This document shows positions 37,982-51,633 of a stretch of DNA of 64,000 bases, piece after piece. A model generated the notes under the pieces. The model ran no database searches, was not told the origin of the DNA, and was given only the letters and a program-made list of their open reading frames with translations. A program made the translations under genes and the position numbers. The stretch lies in contig OZ024743.1 in NCBI GenBank assembly GCA_964016885.1, positions 197,780,001 to 197,844,000 of the forward strand. Direction: 5' to 3'. The stretch is from Eledone cirrhosa (taxonomy: Eukaryota). Position 1 is the first letter of the stretch. Every line of letters begins with the position of its first letter.

Positions 37982-40753
37982 GTGTATTGGAAGATGATTC
38001 TATTAGTAGAAATGGGGGAGGGAGTTGTGTGTGTGTGTATATGGGTGTTATGTGTGTGTGTGCGAGTATGTTAAGATGGAGAGAATATATATTTTGTGTG
38101 TGTGTATATATATATATGTGTGTAGGAAAGTGGTTCTATTAGTAGAAATGGGGAGGGAGTTGTAGGTATGGGGGTTGTTATGTGTGTGTATGGGTGTTAT
38201 GTGTGTGGGAGTATGGTTAGCATGTTAAGGTGAAGAGAATATATATATATATATATTGTGTGTGTGTGTATGTGTGTGTGTAGGAAAGTGATTCCTTTAG
38301 TAGGAATATTTTTGAATGAACATATTTTCCTTATATATATATAAACATGATCGTAACAACGTGCAACGTGAGACATTTGTGTCTGCTTTGTTCAATGTCA
38401 CCTGCTATTTGTCCAGGAATTACAAAATTCAGTAAAAAAGGATAAGTATTTTAACTCATAAACTATTAGGTATCGCATTGTGCCAAAGAATTACGTGCGC
38501 GTGATAATTTTAGAGATCGCGCACTTTGACGGATTTTATCAATGCAATAATTCCACAGAAAGCGAGCTATTATGAGTGTGTTTAATAAAGAGCGGTCATA
38601 GCATTTTGTTTTGTTTATAATATCGTATTCTCCAACTGATAAAAACTTCCCTGTTATATTTTCCCTATTTATATTTTCTTTGCTAATTAAATCAAGGAAG
38701 TCTAGATTTTATTTGCGTCATATCTATATAACCTCACTATGAAATCGTTATTCTGACTTTGAACTGATATATCCTCACATAGTACTATATATATTTTAAT
38801 TAACGTTTTTTAGAAGGAAATATAAAACCTTGGTCTTTCATGACAACAATGTGTATTTATTACATTTGTCTTTTATAGAAGACTTCACCTTGTGAATTAT
38901 GATGTAAAGAAATCTAATGGAATATTAGATGTATATATATATATATGCAAAAAGCAAGCAGAAATAACAAAGCAGACGACACTAGTCTTTCATCAGAAAA
39001 CAGAATGAGAAATTAGAGAAGAAATAGAAAGATTGGGGAGTTGGGGAGGGCGGAAATGGAAACAGATTGTTTTAGAGAAAAATAACATGTCCATCCATGT
39101 GGCCATTTCTTGAAAAACTGTTGATACTGGTGTTCTGTGTATGATATGCTGTTTTGAGTGAGTGCCTGTATGTGTGTGGGGGGTGGGGGTCGTTTGCGCA
39201 TGTGCGTGAGTGTTTGTCTGTGTGTAGATTTTAAAAGCAAATATACATCCATAATGTAGCTAATATAATGAAAGACATTATGGCTGTGATTATCCTATTC
39301 ATTCTAGCGGTATACAGGCTAAACTTATCTAATTTGTTCTTCTCTTATTTAACACTGTAAGCTGTGATTTGAGGGATATTTGACAGCTGTTTCTTCTATA
39401 TGTATGCTGGTTCTACTACATGTGTGCTTAGTCGTAGTTACATCCTATTTTCCACAAGAATACCTATACATATAGAGCATCTTTCTACCAAATTAGACAT
39501 TAAACACCAACATATCTTCCACCGAATCAAACATTTAATATCAAAAGTTGTGATGCATCCTGTACAATAAATGTATTCTTTTCCTTTCGTATATTTACAA
39601 TTAACGTGGCATAAGTAATTGGCATTTTAGCGTAAACTAATTGTCTTTCGCAACATTAAGTAGATATTTTTGGATTCTTTCAAGAACCTTACATTATTGT
39701 TGAAACAGCCACTTCTCTTGAATTTCAAACTTTCGTCTATTGTAAACGGGAATTTAAACATACCTCAATGTCTCAGACGAATTGAATCAGCTTTCACTTA
39801 TGTTGACATATAGATTTTATGTTTTTAAAACTAATCTTTATTTATCTAAGATATCCCTAGTCGCATGTTTAGTAATTTGATATATGCAACGATCTTTCTA
39901 TTTTAAACCCTCGAAAAGGAATTTGTTGATAATAAGCCATAGGCTACTTCCATCCATTTATTTACATATTCTTTTATAAAATACAGTAAACGTCCGTCAT
40001 AGTAGACATTTTCTGTCTTAAAGTGACTTAGCTTCTTAAACAATATCAGAGAAACCTGTCTAAGAGTTATTTTTTGTCTATTAGTTTTCTATAGTTTATT
40101 TAGAAATAACTATTATGAAAAATAAAAAAAAAACCACACGAAAGAAATCAGTGAATAAAGTAACATATACAATGGATATTTATCAAAGAATATCGCTCTG
40201 TTCTCAATGTCTATGCTCAACTAGGATAGGGTTGCTTAACAAATGCCAAGAGTGGAATGTTATTCTTGTAGATAGCGTTTAGTTGAGTAGCACCCAGTGG
40301 GCGGTGGCTTTCACTAAGTTATGCGAATGCTATTGAGTGGAAGAGGAGGGCAATACAAGTGGAGCTTGAGCAGACAAGAACTTAAGGTAGTTGCCAACAT
40401 GCTGGGACAATATTCCTTTCTTACTGAATGGTGGGGGCGGGGGGGGGGCGGTAGTAGAGGGTTTCAAGGTTTATAAGAACTGGCTGCAATTGTTTTGTTT
40501 TATAGCATCTTATATATATACTCTCACAAAGGGGAATCAACAAAGACTCAGACTAACCTGCTTGATGTGTTAATTGCGTTGCTTCTTGGGAGGGCCTGCT
40601 GATGGGAATCAATGTTTCAACAATCATTTAAACAACGAGCTTCCCAGTAAGTTATGATGTCTTTAAAATGTAATATCATTCTCATTGACAGAGAAGCAAG
40701 ATAAACGTAAACGCAGGTTTGTAATGTATGCCTGAACTCATCTTTTAAATAAT

Positions 40754-40899
40754 TGTTTCTACTTTTGGCACAAGGCCAGCAATTATGCCAGTGCATTACT
40801 GGTACTTTATTTTATCGACCCCGTAAGGATGAAAGGCAAAGTTAACCTCGAGGGATGGGTGGGTTGAACTCAGAATGGCAAGGGCCGTAACTCTATGCG
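40754..40899 (-). mobile_element. 5'-truncated SINE with 16-bp TSD
   Basis: tcatcttttaaataat at 40738-40753 and 40900-40915. Confidence 0.85.
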
Positions 40900-42128
40900 T
40901 CATCTTTTAAATAATAGACCTTCTGGGTTCAAATTGTAGTTTGGTTCGCAGAAATATAGTTAAAGGACCAAGCCTACCTCACGTCCATGCGTTGGTCCCT
41001 GGGAAATCATTTTTTATAATGCTTTGCTTAACCAGGTTCTGTGTATGAAATAAATGACATACATACGCACATGCATACACACATATGTCATAATTGTTCA
41101 TCGCATATTTGTCAAGTTTCAGACAGCAGGATATGGCATGAGAAGAAGAAGAAGAAGAAGAAGAAGAAGAAGAAGAAGAAGAAGAAGAAGAAGAAATAAA
41201 GTTTCTATTTACAAGAATGCAACGGCAAGTTTGAAATATGAAGTAAACTATTAAGTATGCATCGCTGGGAATTTCCCCCTCATTATTATTTCAAATTATC
41301 ACGTTAATCAGTATTCATTCCATAGTGCCATACCTTGGGCAAGTTTCTTTAATACAACTTCGGTTCGTATAAAATTTGGGCGGTAGATTTTTTTCAATCA
41401 GAGCTGACCTCGATCTTAACAACAGCAACAACAACTTGCATATTTTTTAAAACAAATTCCGGAGGGTTGAAATTAAAAGTCGATTCTAGCAAAATTTGAA
41501 CTTAGAACACAAGGAGTGGCAATTTAATTCTAGTCATTTATCATGATTCTTTAAAATTCCTGGCAACACACTGACGTTGGTTGAAAAGAAAAACAAAATA
41601 TATTAGAATCCCATCAGGAAGGTTGTGACCGGCAATATCCACACATAGATATAACGCTAGTGTGAAGTATGACTGATAAACACAATATCAGCCGTGTTGA
41701 TAAGCTCGACACACCGTCTCAGAGTCTTGATAAGGTTTTCTGCTTCAATGACGGATACGTGTCTTCACAGAGTTATTATACCGAAACACCACAAACCTGA
41801 CCACACACATCGAAATATTTGCTTCTATTGGATGATTTCACCATCTAATGGTACTACCAGGTTACATACATATGTTGTTCATAGCTGTAAGAAATATTAC
41901 CAAAGCCACATATATCATAGAGGAGCCTCTACGAGGTGAGGTACCCGGCTAGAAATAGTTCACAAATATTCCCCAAATCCAGGCTACACAAATGTTTTTC
42001 TCCATAGCTGTAAGAAAATATTACCAAAAGCACCAATACCATGAGAGCCATCTTAAATATAAAATGATGTACACATTAGACAATAATATATAGAAAAGGA
42101 CTACTAGTAGTAGTAGTAGTAGTAGTAA

Positions 42129-42182
<54 letters not shown>

Positions 42183-42344
42183 CAGTAGCAGTAGTAGCAA
42201 ATCTTGGTGGATGAGAAAGATTGAAAGAGCATTTGCAAAGAATATTACTTGTTAAGAAAAAATACAGTGATTTACTAGGTAAAGGGTAGAAGAAGAAGAA
42301 GAAGAAGAAGAAGAAGAAGAAGAAGAAGAAGAAGAAGAAGAAGA

Positions 42345-42440
42345 AGAAGAAGAACTGTTTCATTCGAAGGAAATAAATCAGCTTTTCTGATAATTTTCTT
42401 CGAATGAAACAGTTCTAGTCCTGTAGAAGAGATTTCTATA
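42345..42440 (+). mobile_element. Family I fold-back with hammerhead motif 42383-42429 (G8A)
   Basis: UUUU CUGAUAA U UUU CUUC GAA U GAAA CAG UUCUAGUC CUG U A^ GAAG. Preceded by (GAA)n. Confidence 0.65.
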
Positions 42441-42459
42441 TTAAATTTAATGCTTACAT

Positions 42460-42770
42460 AAGAATGAAAAGCAAAGTTAACCTTAGTGGGATTTGAACTC
42501 AGATCGTAAAGGGACGTAACTATGCTGGAAAGCATATCCAACCCTCTACTGATACTGCCAATTCACCGCCCTGATGTAATAATTATTTCTACTTTAGGCA
42601 CAAGGCCAGCAATTACCCAGTGCATTAGTGGTACTTTATTTTATCGACCTCGTAAGGATGAAAGGCAAAGTCAACCTCGGCGGGATTTGAACTCAGATCG
42701 TAAAGGGACGTAACTATGCTGGAAAGCATGGCGTCCGACCATCTACCGATACTGCCCTGATGTAATAATG
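42460..42770 (-). mobile_element. Two tandem SINE copies
   Basis: The second copy is bracketed by gccctgatgtaataat duplicates (~42568 and ~42755). Confidence 0.85.
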
Positions 42771-43174
42771 ATAAGGCAATATCTGTCAAACTTGGAACAT
42801 TCTAGATACACATGCATTATTAAAGCATCTTAGTGAACCCCTTTCCTACTTTCCAGTCATATGTTTTCTAGTCCGTCACCAGGGGGAAAAAAATATCCAG
42901 TTTGATAACGCCTTCCCCCATCTTTCTCTTTCTCACTTTATTACTTTCTCTCTCTATCTACCCCCTCTCTCTCCCTATTTCTCACCCCCTCTCTCTTACT
43001 CTCCCTTTCTCTCTCTCTGTCTCTCTCTATCGCGATATTTTAGCGACATCAGTTTCAGCTATTATGTCGACGTATTAAAATGGATTTTGTTTCATGGCGA
43101 ACGAAGACTTCCTTCCAGAAGTGGAAAAAAAAAAAAAAAGATATCCCCCGAAACAGAGATTGTCTGTCTGCAGC

Positions 43175-43197
43175 CCTCCTCCTCCTCCTCCTCTTCC

Positions 43198-43240
<43 letters not shown>

Positions 43241-43370
43241 CTTCTTCTTCTTCTTCTTCTTCTTCTTCTTCTTCTTCTTCTTCTTCTTCTTCTTCTTCTT
43301 CTTCTTCTTCTTCTTCTTCTTCTTCTTCTTCTTCTTCTTCTTCTTCTTCTTCTTCTTCTTCCTCCTCCTG
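43175..43370. repeat. Compound (CCT)n(GTT)n(CTT)n tract
   Basis: Directly visible. Confidence 0.95.
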
Positions 43371-43944
43371 AACAGAAAAAAAACACTTTTATTTTATATT
43401 TTATATTCCATAATGTTTTTTCTCCCCCCCCCCCCCCTCACCACCAAATAACAAAGTCAACCGTTGACCGTAAAATCGAAAATATTTTAATCTAAAGAAG
43501 TCGGGAGGGAATGGGATCTAACTAACTAGTGGAGAGAAGGAGCAAGGAATATAGAAGGGAAATAAAACAGACGTGAAAATAATGCTTCTGAATAAACAAA
43601 AGATTGGATAAGATAAAACAAAAAAAGTAAAGGAAATAATAACAAAGCTAAGAAAGAAGAAAGAACAGACAGAAAATATGCGATGAATAAAATTGCTTGT
43701 AGTTATTTTCAATTCAACTTTAGTTGTTGTTAGTAAGTATACAGAATGAACATAGGAAAGAAAGCAACTTAAAGCGGTAAGAATCAACGAGACATACAGA
43801 GATACACATAGACATACACATAGACATACACAGATACACACACACACTCACACACGCATATATATATATACACAGAAACACACACACACACGCACACACA
43901 CACATATATATATATATATACACATCACACATACACACATCACT

Positions 43945-43986
<42 letters not shown>

Positions 43987-44139
43987 CACATCACACATAC
44001 ACACATCACATACAAACACATATATATATATATATATAAATACACACCACACATATACACATCACACACAACACATATATATATATATACATCACACATT
44101 CACACCTCACACACACACACCTACATATATATATATATT

Positions 44140-44211
44140 TATGTGTATGTATGTATGTATGTTATGTATGTAATTATGTATGTGTCTGTGCATGTATGTA
44201 CAGTATCTATG

Positions 44212-44251
<40 letters not shown>

Positions 44252-44398
44252 TGTGTGTGTGTGTGTGTGTGCATGTATGTATGTTTGTACAGTAGGTATG
44301 TATGTATGTACAATGTGGGTATGTATGTATGCACATATATATGTGTGCATGTATGTATGTGTGTATGTATATATGTATGTTATGTATGTATGTAAGTG

Positions 44399-44430
<32 letters not shown>

Positions 44431-44537
44431 CATGTATGCTATGTATGTATGTATGTATGTAATTATGTACGTATGTAATTATGTATGTATGTATGTACAG
44501 TATGTATGTATATGCATGTATGATATATATATGTATG

Positions 44538-44569
<32 letters not shown>

Positions 44570-44721
44570 TGTATGTATGTATGTATGTATGTATGTATGT
44601 ATGTATGCATGTATGTATGTGTGTATATATGTATGTTATATATGTAATTTTGTATATATGTACTGTATGTATGTATGTATGTATGTATGTATGTATGTAT
44701 ATATGTATGTATGTATGTATG

Positions 44722-44796
<75 letters not shown>

Positions 44797-44815
44797 GTGT
44801 ATATATGTATGTATG

Positions 44816-44847
<32 letters not shown>

Positions 44848-45071
44848 TGTATGTATGTATGTATGTATGTGTGTACTGTATGTATGTATGTATGTATGTA
44901 TGTATGTATGTATGTATGTATGTATGTATGTGTGTACTGTATGTATGTATGTATGTATGTATGTATGTATGTATGTATGTATGTATGTATGTATGTATGT
45001 GTGTACTGTATGTATGTATATGTATGTATGTATGTATGTATGTGTGTACTGTATGTATGTATGTATGTATG

Positions 45072-45103
<32 letters not shown>

Positions 45104-45206
45104 TGTATGTATGTATGTATGTATGTATGTATGTATGTATGTATGTATGTACGTATGTATGTATGTGTGTACTGTATGCATGTATGTATGTATGTATGTA
45201 TGTATG

Positions 45207-45238
<32 letters not shown>

Positions 45239-45382
45239 TGTGTGTATGTATGTATGTATGTATGTATGTGTGTACTGTATGTATGTATGTATGTATGTAT
45301 GTATGTATGTATGTATGTATGTATGTATGTATGTATGTATGTATGTATGTGTGTACTGTATGTATGTATGTATGTATGTATG

Positions 45383-45414
<32 letters not shown>

Positions 45415-45534
45415 TGTATGTATGTATGTACTGTATGTATGTATGTATGTATGTATGTATGTATGTATGTATGTATGTATGTATGTATGTATGTATGTAT
45501 GTACTGTATGTATGTATGTATGTATGTATGTATG

Positions 45535-45566
<32 letters not shown>

Positions 45567-45620
45567 TGTATGTATGTATGTATGTATGTATGTATGTGTG
45601 TACTGTATGTATGTATGTAT
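44140..45620. repeat. ~1.5-kb (TATG)n satellite with recurring tgtgtactg interruptions
   Basis: Directly visible. Confidence 0.95.
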
Positions 45621-45759
45621 AATATGTCGGGTTGATTCTTATTGCTATAAGTTTCTTTAGATGCATGTAGTGATTTATGTGCTAACAAATGAGTAGGTCA
45701 CTGCTTGAATGTCCGCCCGAGCAGAGAACTGAACAACACATGCACACGCCCATTAGATA

Positions 45760-46815
45760 TACAGAGGGAGAGATAAGCAGGAAGAGAGTGAGAAGAAGTG
45801 AGAGAAAAAGAGATAGATAGATAGAGAGAGAGGGGGGAGAGTGAGTGAGAGACAGAGAGGGGGAGAGAAAGAGAAAGCGAGAGAAAGAGATGTGAAGAGA
45901 GAGAGAGAGAGAGAGAGAGTGAGAGGCGGGAGAGAAAGAGAAAGAGGAAGTGAAAGCGAGAGAGAGATGAGAAGAGAGAGATGGGGAGAGAGAGAGTGAG
46001 AGTGAGAGACAGAAAGGGGAAGAGAAAGAGAAAGAGAAAGAGAAAGCGAGAGAGAGATGAGAAGAGAGAGATGAGGAGAGAGATGGGGAGAGAGAGAGTG
46101 AGAGTGAGAGACAGAGAGGGGAAGAGAAAGAGAAAGAGAAAGCGAGAGAGAGATGAGAAGAGAGAGATGAGGAGAGAGAGATGGGGAGAGAGAGAGTGAG
46201 AGTGAGAGACAGAGAGGGGAAGAGAAAGAGAAAGAGAAAGCGAGAGAGAGATGAGAAGAGAGAGATGAGGAGAGAGAGATGGGGAGAGAGAGAGTGAGAG
46301 TGAGAGACAGAGAGGGGAATAGAAAGAGAAAGAGAAAGCGAGAGAGAGATGAGAAGAGAGAGATGAGGAGAGAGAGATGGAGAGAGAGAGAGAGTGAGAG
46401 TGAGAGACAGAGAGGGGAAGAGAAAGAGAAAGAGAAAGCGAGAGAGAGATGAGAAGAGAGAGATGAGGAGAGAGAGATGGGGAGAGAGAGAGTGAGAGTG
46501 AGAGACAGAGGGGGAGAGAAAGAGAAAGAGAAAGCGAGAGAGAGATGAGAAAAGAGAGATGAGGAGAGAGAGATGGGGAGAGAGAGAGAGAGTGAGAGAC
46601 AGAGAGGGAGAGAGAAAGAGAAAGAGAAAGCGAGAGAGAGATGAGAAAAGAGAGATGAGGAGAGAGAGATGGGGAGAGAGAGAGTGAGAGACGGAGAGAG
46701 GGAGAGAGAGAAATGAGGAGAGAGAGATGGGGAGAGAGAGAGTGAGAGACGGAGAGAGGGAGAGAGAGAAAGAGAAAGCGAGAGAGAGAGATGAGGAGAG
46801 AGAGAGTGAGAGAGT
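45760..46815. repeat. Polypurine GA-rich tandem repeat, ~90-100-bp unit
   Basis: The marker aaagcgagag recurs about every 90-100 bp, roughly 10 times. Confidence 0.9.
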
Positions 46816-46850
46816 GTGTGTATGTGTTGGGGATGCTATTTTGCCTCTTT

Positions 46851-47160
46851 AGTGCGGTTCCCAACCAAGTTTCCTAACCTGGTCTCCGCGGAATCCTTGG
46901 TTTGCAAAGTTAGTATTTCGTGAGCTAAGTTCAACGTTTCAAGTACTTTGTTATTAACTATTTACATACTGTTGTATATCAACTCTTCTCTAAGTATAAA
47001 TAAATATTTCTCTCTTTTTTTATTGTTATTATCATTGTGATAACGAAGAGAGGAATAATTGTACCAATGGTGGTGGTGGTGGTGGTGGTGGGGTATTCCA
47101 TAGGGAAAATTCATTTAAATAAAAGGGGGTCCTTGGGAGAGAAAGGTTTGGGAACCATTA
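46851..47160. mobile_element. hAT (Charlie-like) MITE remnant
   Basis: Terminal inverted repeats ggttcccaacc / ggtttgggaacc with a ggggtcc subterminal motif. No clean TSD seen. Confidence 0.55.
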
Positions 47161-47282
47161 GATTAGGGGGAGGGATGGGCTCTGCGCTAAAATCTATTAC
47201 AAAACACTAGTAAGAAGTTTCTTTATTGTTACCGACAATAATATTAAAATGTTCTCTTAATTTAAATAAATTTACTTAGATT

Positions 47283-48125
47283 CAATACTATTATAAAGTA
47301 TGAGTGCAATGCTATTATAAAGTATGAGTGCAATGCTATTATAAAGTATGAGTGCAATGCTATTATAAAGTATGAGTGCAATGCTATTATAAAGTATGAG
47401 TGCAATGCTATTATAAGGTATGAGTGCAATGATATTATAAGGTATGATCCAATGTGATAAGGTATGAGTGCAATGCTATTATAAAGTATGAGTGCAATGC
47501 TATTATAAGGTATGAGTGTAATGCTATTATAAAGTATGAGTGTAATGCTATTATAAGGTATCAGTGCAATGCTATTATAAAGTATGAGTGCAATGCTATT
47601 ATAAAGTATGAGTGCAATACTATTATAAAGTATGAGGGCAATACTATTATAAAGTATGAGTGCAATACTATTATAAAGTATGAGTGCAATGCTATTATAA
47701 AGTATGAGTGCAATGCTATTATAAAGTATGAGAGCAATACTATTATAAAGTATGAGTGTAATGCTATTATAAGGTATCAGTGTAATGCTATTATAAAGTA
47801 TGAGTGCAATGCTATTATAAGGTATCAGTGCAATGCTATTATAAGGTATGATCCAATGTGATAAGGTATGAGTGCAATGCTATTATAAAGTATGAGTGCA
47901 ATGCTATTATAAGGTATGAGTGCAATGCTATTATAAAGTATGAGTGTAATACTATTATAAGGTATCAGTGCAATGCTATTATAAGGTATGATCCAATGTG
48001 ATAAGGTATGAGTGCAATGCTATTATAAAGTATGAGTGCAATGCTATTATAAGGTATGATCCAATGTGATAAGGTATGAGTGCAATGCTATTATAAAGTA
48101 TGATTCAATGTGATAAGGTATGAGT
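47283..48125. repeat. 24-bp minisatellite (tattataaagtatgagtgcaatgc), ~35 units, with a 20-bp variant
   Basis: Directly visible. The variant ataaggtatgatccaatgtg recurs several times. Confidence 0.95.
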
Positions 48126-48772
48126 TCTCAGCTCTCCGGAAATGCATAGCCACCTGAACGCTAATTTCAAGAACAGGTTGATTAGTAGTTCGAACAATGG
48201 AACATTCGTCGCCAGAAGTGACGGAGTTCCAGAACAACTGGTGAAAACCAACTTACAGTTTTCTGAACTTTTATAGCTTTTCCATGAGGAATATGCGGAC
48301 ATTTTCTTTCGCATTCTGGTCCCTCCGAATCTTTCGTAACCGATTACTTTCAGCATGTGAATGTGGTGTATGTAGAAGTTGAATATAATCCCGGCCCTGA
48401 AATCTAATCAAACTCAATTGCCAGCTTCTCATCCATATCTAGGTGAGTTGCTCTAATTTGTTCTTTATGTAAAGGTTCTGTTTAGCAAATTTCAATCATT
48501 AGTTACTCGGCAACCAAAACCTATCATAGAGGACACTTGTAAAAGCTGCTTGGCTCTGAGAGAATACACAGAACAATATGGTTGTGAAGAAACTTCTTAA
48601 TCACAGGTTTAGTAGCTAAAATTGTAAAACAATTTTCATAACGCATAAAAAGATATCTATAATGTTCTACAAAATACTACATAAGACATGGATCGTACTA
48701 ATATGTTAAGGTGAGTCCACGGGATTTTTATAATCTTTTCTCTCCGTCCCTCATCCTCTCTCTCTCTCCCCC

Positions 48773-48860
<88 letters not shown>

Positions 48861-49021
48861 GTTTGGTCTCGGATCGGCCTGACCAGACGGCAACGCGCAT
48901 GCACGCTGACAGAGTGAACCCAACCTTTAATTTAATGTATCCTTGCATTAAAGTCATTGAATGTAAATGTGAACATTTTACTTAACCGTTTAAGGTTACT
49001 GTGTCCTAACGAAATTAATGT

Positions 49022-49022
<1 letters not shown>

Positions 49023-49088
<66 letters not shown>

Positions 49089-49114
49089 GCCGCCACCACC
49101 ACCACCACCACCAA

Positions 49115-49164
<50 letters not shown>

Positions 49165-49310
49165 GTGAGGCTGATGCTGTTTCTGTCCTTTCTGCTGGTG
49201 CTAATACTGCTAATGATGATTATGATGATGATGACGATTATGATGATGACGATTATGATGATGATGACACTGATGATGACAATGGCGATAACGATGATGA
49301 TGATGATGCT
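49023..49310. repeat. (CTA)n/(CCA)n/(ATG)n compound tract
   Basis: Directly visible. Confidence 0.95.
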
Positions 49311-49664
49311 ATTGTTGTTCTTAAGGATATTATTATGCCTAACACACAGACAATGCGATTTCAAGCAACATGTGTTGGCCACATGTATTTTCAAAATCAA
49401 CTAGAAAAATGTTTTCTACAGATTCTTTTTTTGTAGGCCACGAGTGCATTAACAATAAGCAACTGGAGCTTAAAATTTAGATGTGGTACCGCCTCTACTG
49501 CTATAACAGTGGAACGTAATCTATTCAGTATTCACTATACCAACTTTCAACTTTACACGTTTGTAGAGGGAACTCAGAACGAATCATTCGGTTTCCTAAA
49601 TAGAATATTAATCTAATGACTGTCATTTTCTTTTTTTTTAGTTTTACAATACATTTTATTTGCG

Positions 49665-49850
49665 TTAATCTGTATGGTGAGCAAATGGCGTCCCGCGTGC
49701 TGGCCTCACCACAGCCCCGGTGGACAGAATGGAGAAGGCGTTTCCCCGGAGGATGGTAAAGGGAGATGCTCTGGAAGAGCCATTTCAACTCGCGAGGCTC
49801 ACATCTGCGACTGGCCAGCTCAGCTAAGGGAGGTAGCCCTAGGGCCAAGG
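49665..49850 (-). mobile_element. CRE-like non-LTR 3' fragment
   Basis: ELASRRCEPRELKWLFQSISL/TILRGNAFSIL across a frameshift. Confidence 0.7.
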
Positions 49851-50789
49851 ACGCAGAACATAAAGTTCCAGCACAAATGCTGTACTGGATTTTTCCAGCA
49901 TTAAAAATTCTGCCAACTCACTGCCTTCAATAAAGACACAAGGCCAGAAATTTTTGAAGGGAGGTGAAAGATGATTAAATCAACCCCATTGTTTAGCCGA
50001 TATATTATTTTTATTGACCCCAGAAAGAGGAGAAAAAAACATATATACAGGGTCCACATATTTGCGGGAGAGTGGAGAAACAATGTCAATCATCTCAACC
50101 GCAGTACCTTACTGGGACTTTATGTTAACTGTTGTTCCCAAAGTCGGAAAATGTTTTCTACTATGCCCTTGTATGAGAAATTGGTTTCCAATGAAGAAAA
50201 AGAATAATGTAGCCAGACTACCCAATCTGTAAGGCAGTAACGCATTCTGTTTTCAATTTAACACCATCGCCTAGTGTTTCGGTGCATTTTGTGAAAGCGT
50301 GTGGCTGAGTGGTTAGAGAATTGGATTCGCAATCGTGAAGTTGTGAGTTTGATTCCCAGGCGATGCGTTATTTCCTTGAGCAATACACTTTATTTCACGT
50401 TGCTCCTTCTACCTGGAGTTGCGACCGATAGATAGTATTAGCAATTGGAAAGACCAATGGAAACATTCCTCGGTCCGATTTGACGAAAGTCGATCTTTCC
50501 TTTATTTGTGGAGTTCGCAATTTTGTAAGATTTCGGACTAAGTTTCTGGTTTATGAATAACACCTGAATAATTTTAATTTCTTCCATCAGTATTCGAGAT
50601 TCAGCACAAATATCACCAAGGATAGCTTTTCTCTGTCAACTATACCATAAAACAGTTAATTTCAGCCGTGGCCGAAGAATTTAAAAGCCGTTTGGTTGCA
50701 TAAGTATTCATACACACACGTATATATACATACACACACACACACACAGACATATATATATATAGTCTAAAATCTGTCTAAGGTCTGTC

Positions 50790-50985
50790 TCGGCCGGTGC
50801 TTATCTCGGTTTCATGGCGTGAAGCGACTGATAGTACAAGATTCCCCCTTGGACAGAACACCAGTCCATCGCAGGGTAAAACTCCCAGCTATTGCTGGTA
50901 CTCATTTTCAAAGCAGCGTAAATCGAACCCACGACATTAGGATTGTAAGTCCAACACCCTTACCACTAGGTCACGTGCCGCCACT
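50790..50985 (-). mobile_element. Third tRNA-derived SINE type
   Basis: Minus strand ggcacgtgacctagtggtaagggtgttggac (A-box) ... gtgggttcgatt (B-box). Confidence 0.65.
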
Positions 50986-50999
50986 ATATATATATATAT

Positions 51000-51050
51000 A
51001 GTTTCAGAAGATCCCATTAAGGGTGAAAGCAGCGATTCTTTGCTTAAACT
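51000..51050 (+). ncRNA. Hammerhead motif with A4 core variant, family G
   Basis: AGUUU CAGAAGA U CCC AUUAA GGG U GAAA GCAG CGAUUCU UUGC U U^ AAACU. All three stems pair. The insert 51000-51073 lies between (TA)n tracts. Confidence 0.65.
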
Positions 51051-51066
51051 TTAATCTGTAATTTTA

Positions 51067-51132
<66 letters not shown>

Positions 51133-51633
51133 GGTCCGGGTATGCTTTTTACATTCATTTGATTTATTGATTTATTGATATTTTATCTGAGTGTCCCGAA
51201 TCTTCCAGATCGTAATTTTTCGGTCGTATGGTTGATTTTAGACATGTTCTATGTGTGTCGGTATTTTAACGATAGTTATAGCTCTGATTTATCTGAATTA
51301 TTGAGCCCTCTGCCGCTCATTTCGAATTTTGTTTATCGTGAACTCGTGCGCCGATTTTTCGATACTCGATTATTCTACTATATATATATATATATATATA
51401 TACATATGTGTATGCGTGTGTGAATATACAAGAGTTATTAATCACGAAAGGCTGACGAGTCAATGATGGAAATCCTACGCAATCAGTTAACCTGTAAGAA
51501 ATAGCAGCCAAATCCCCCACCTAGTCACCTCATACAGTCTCAGAGCTGGTATCATTGACGTTAACCTCCATATGAAGTGATAGGAACATAAGTAAGAATA
51601 TGTGATACAATTTACTTATCTATCTCTCTATCT

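Noticed and set aside
47283-48125. CRISPR-like appearance of the 24-bp repeat
   Set aside because: Units are directly adjacent with no unique spacers, the context is eukaryotic and there are no cas genes.
48125-48420. Possible mariner transposase remnant (RMRKKMSA)
   Set aside because: Too degenerate; no WVPH, DD34D or TIR seen.
48957-49436. 159-aa poly-Thr/poly-Asp ORF
   Set aside because: Built from (CTA)n and (ATG)n tracts.
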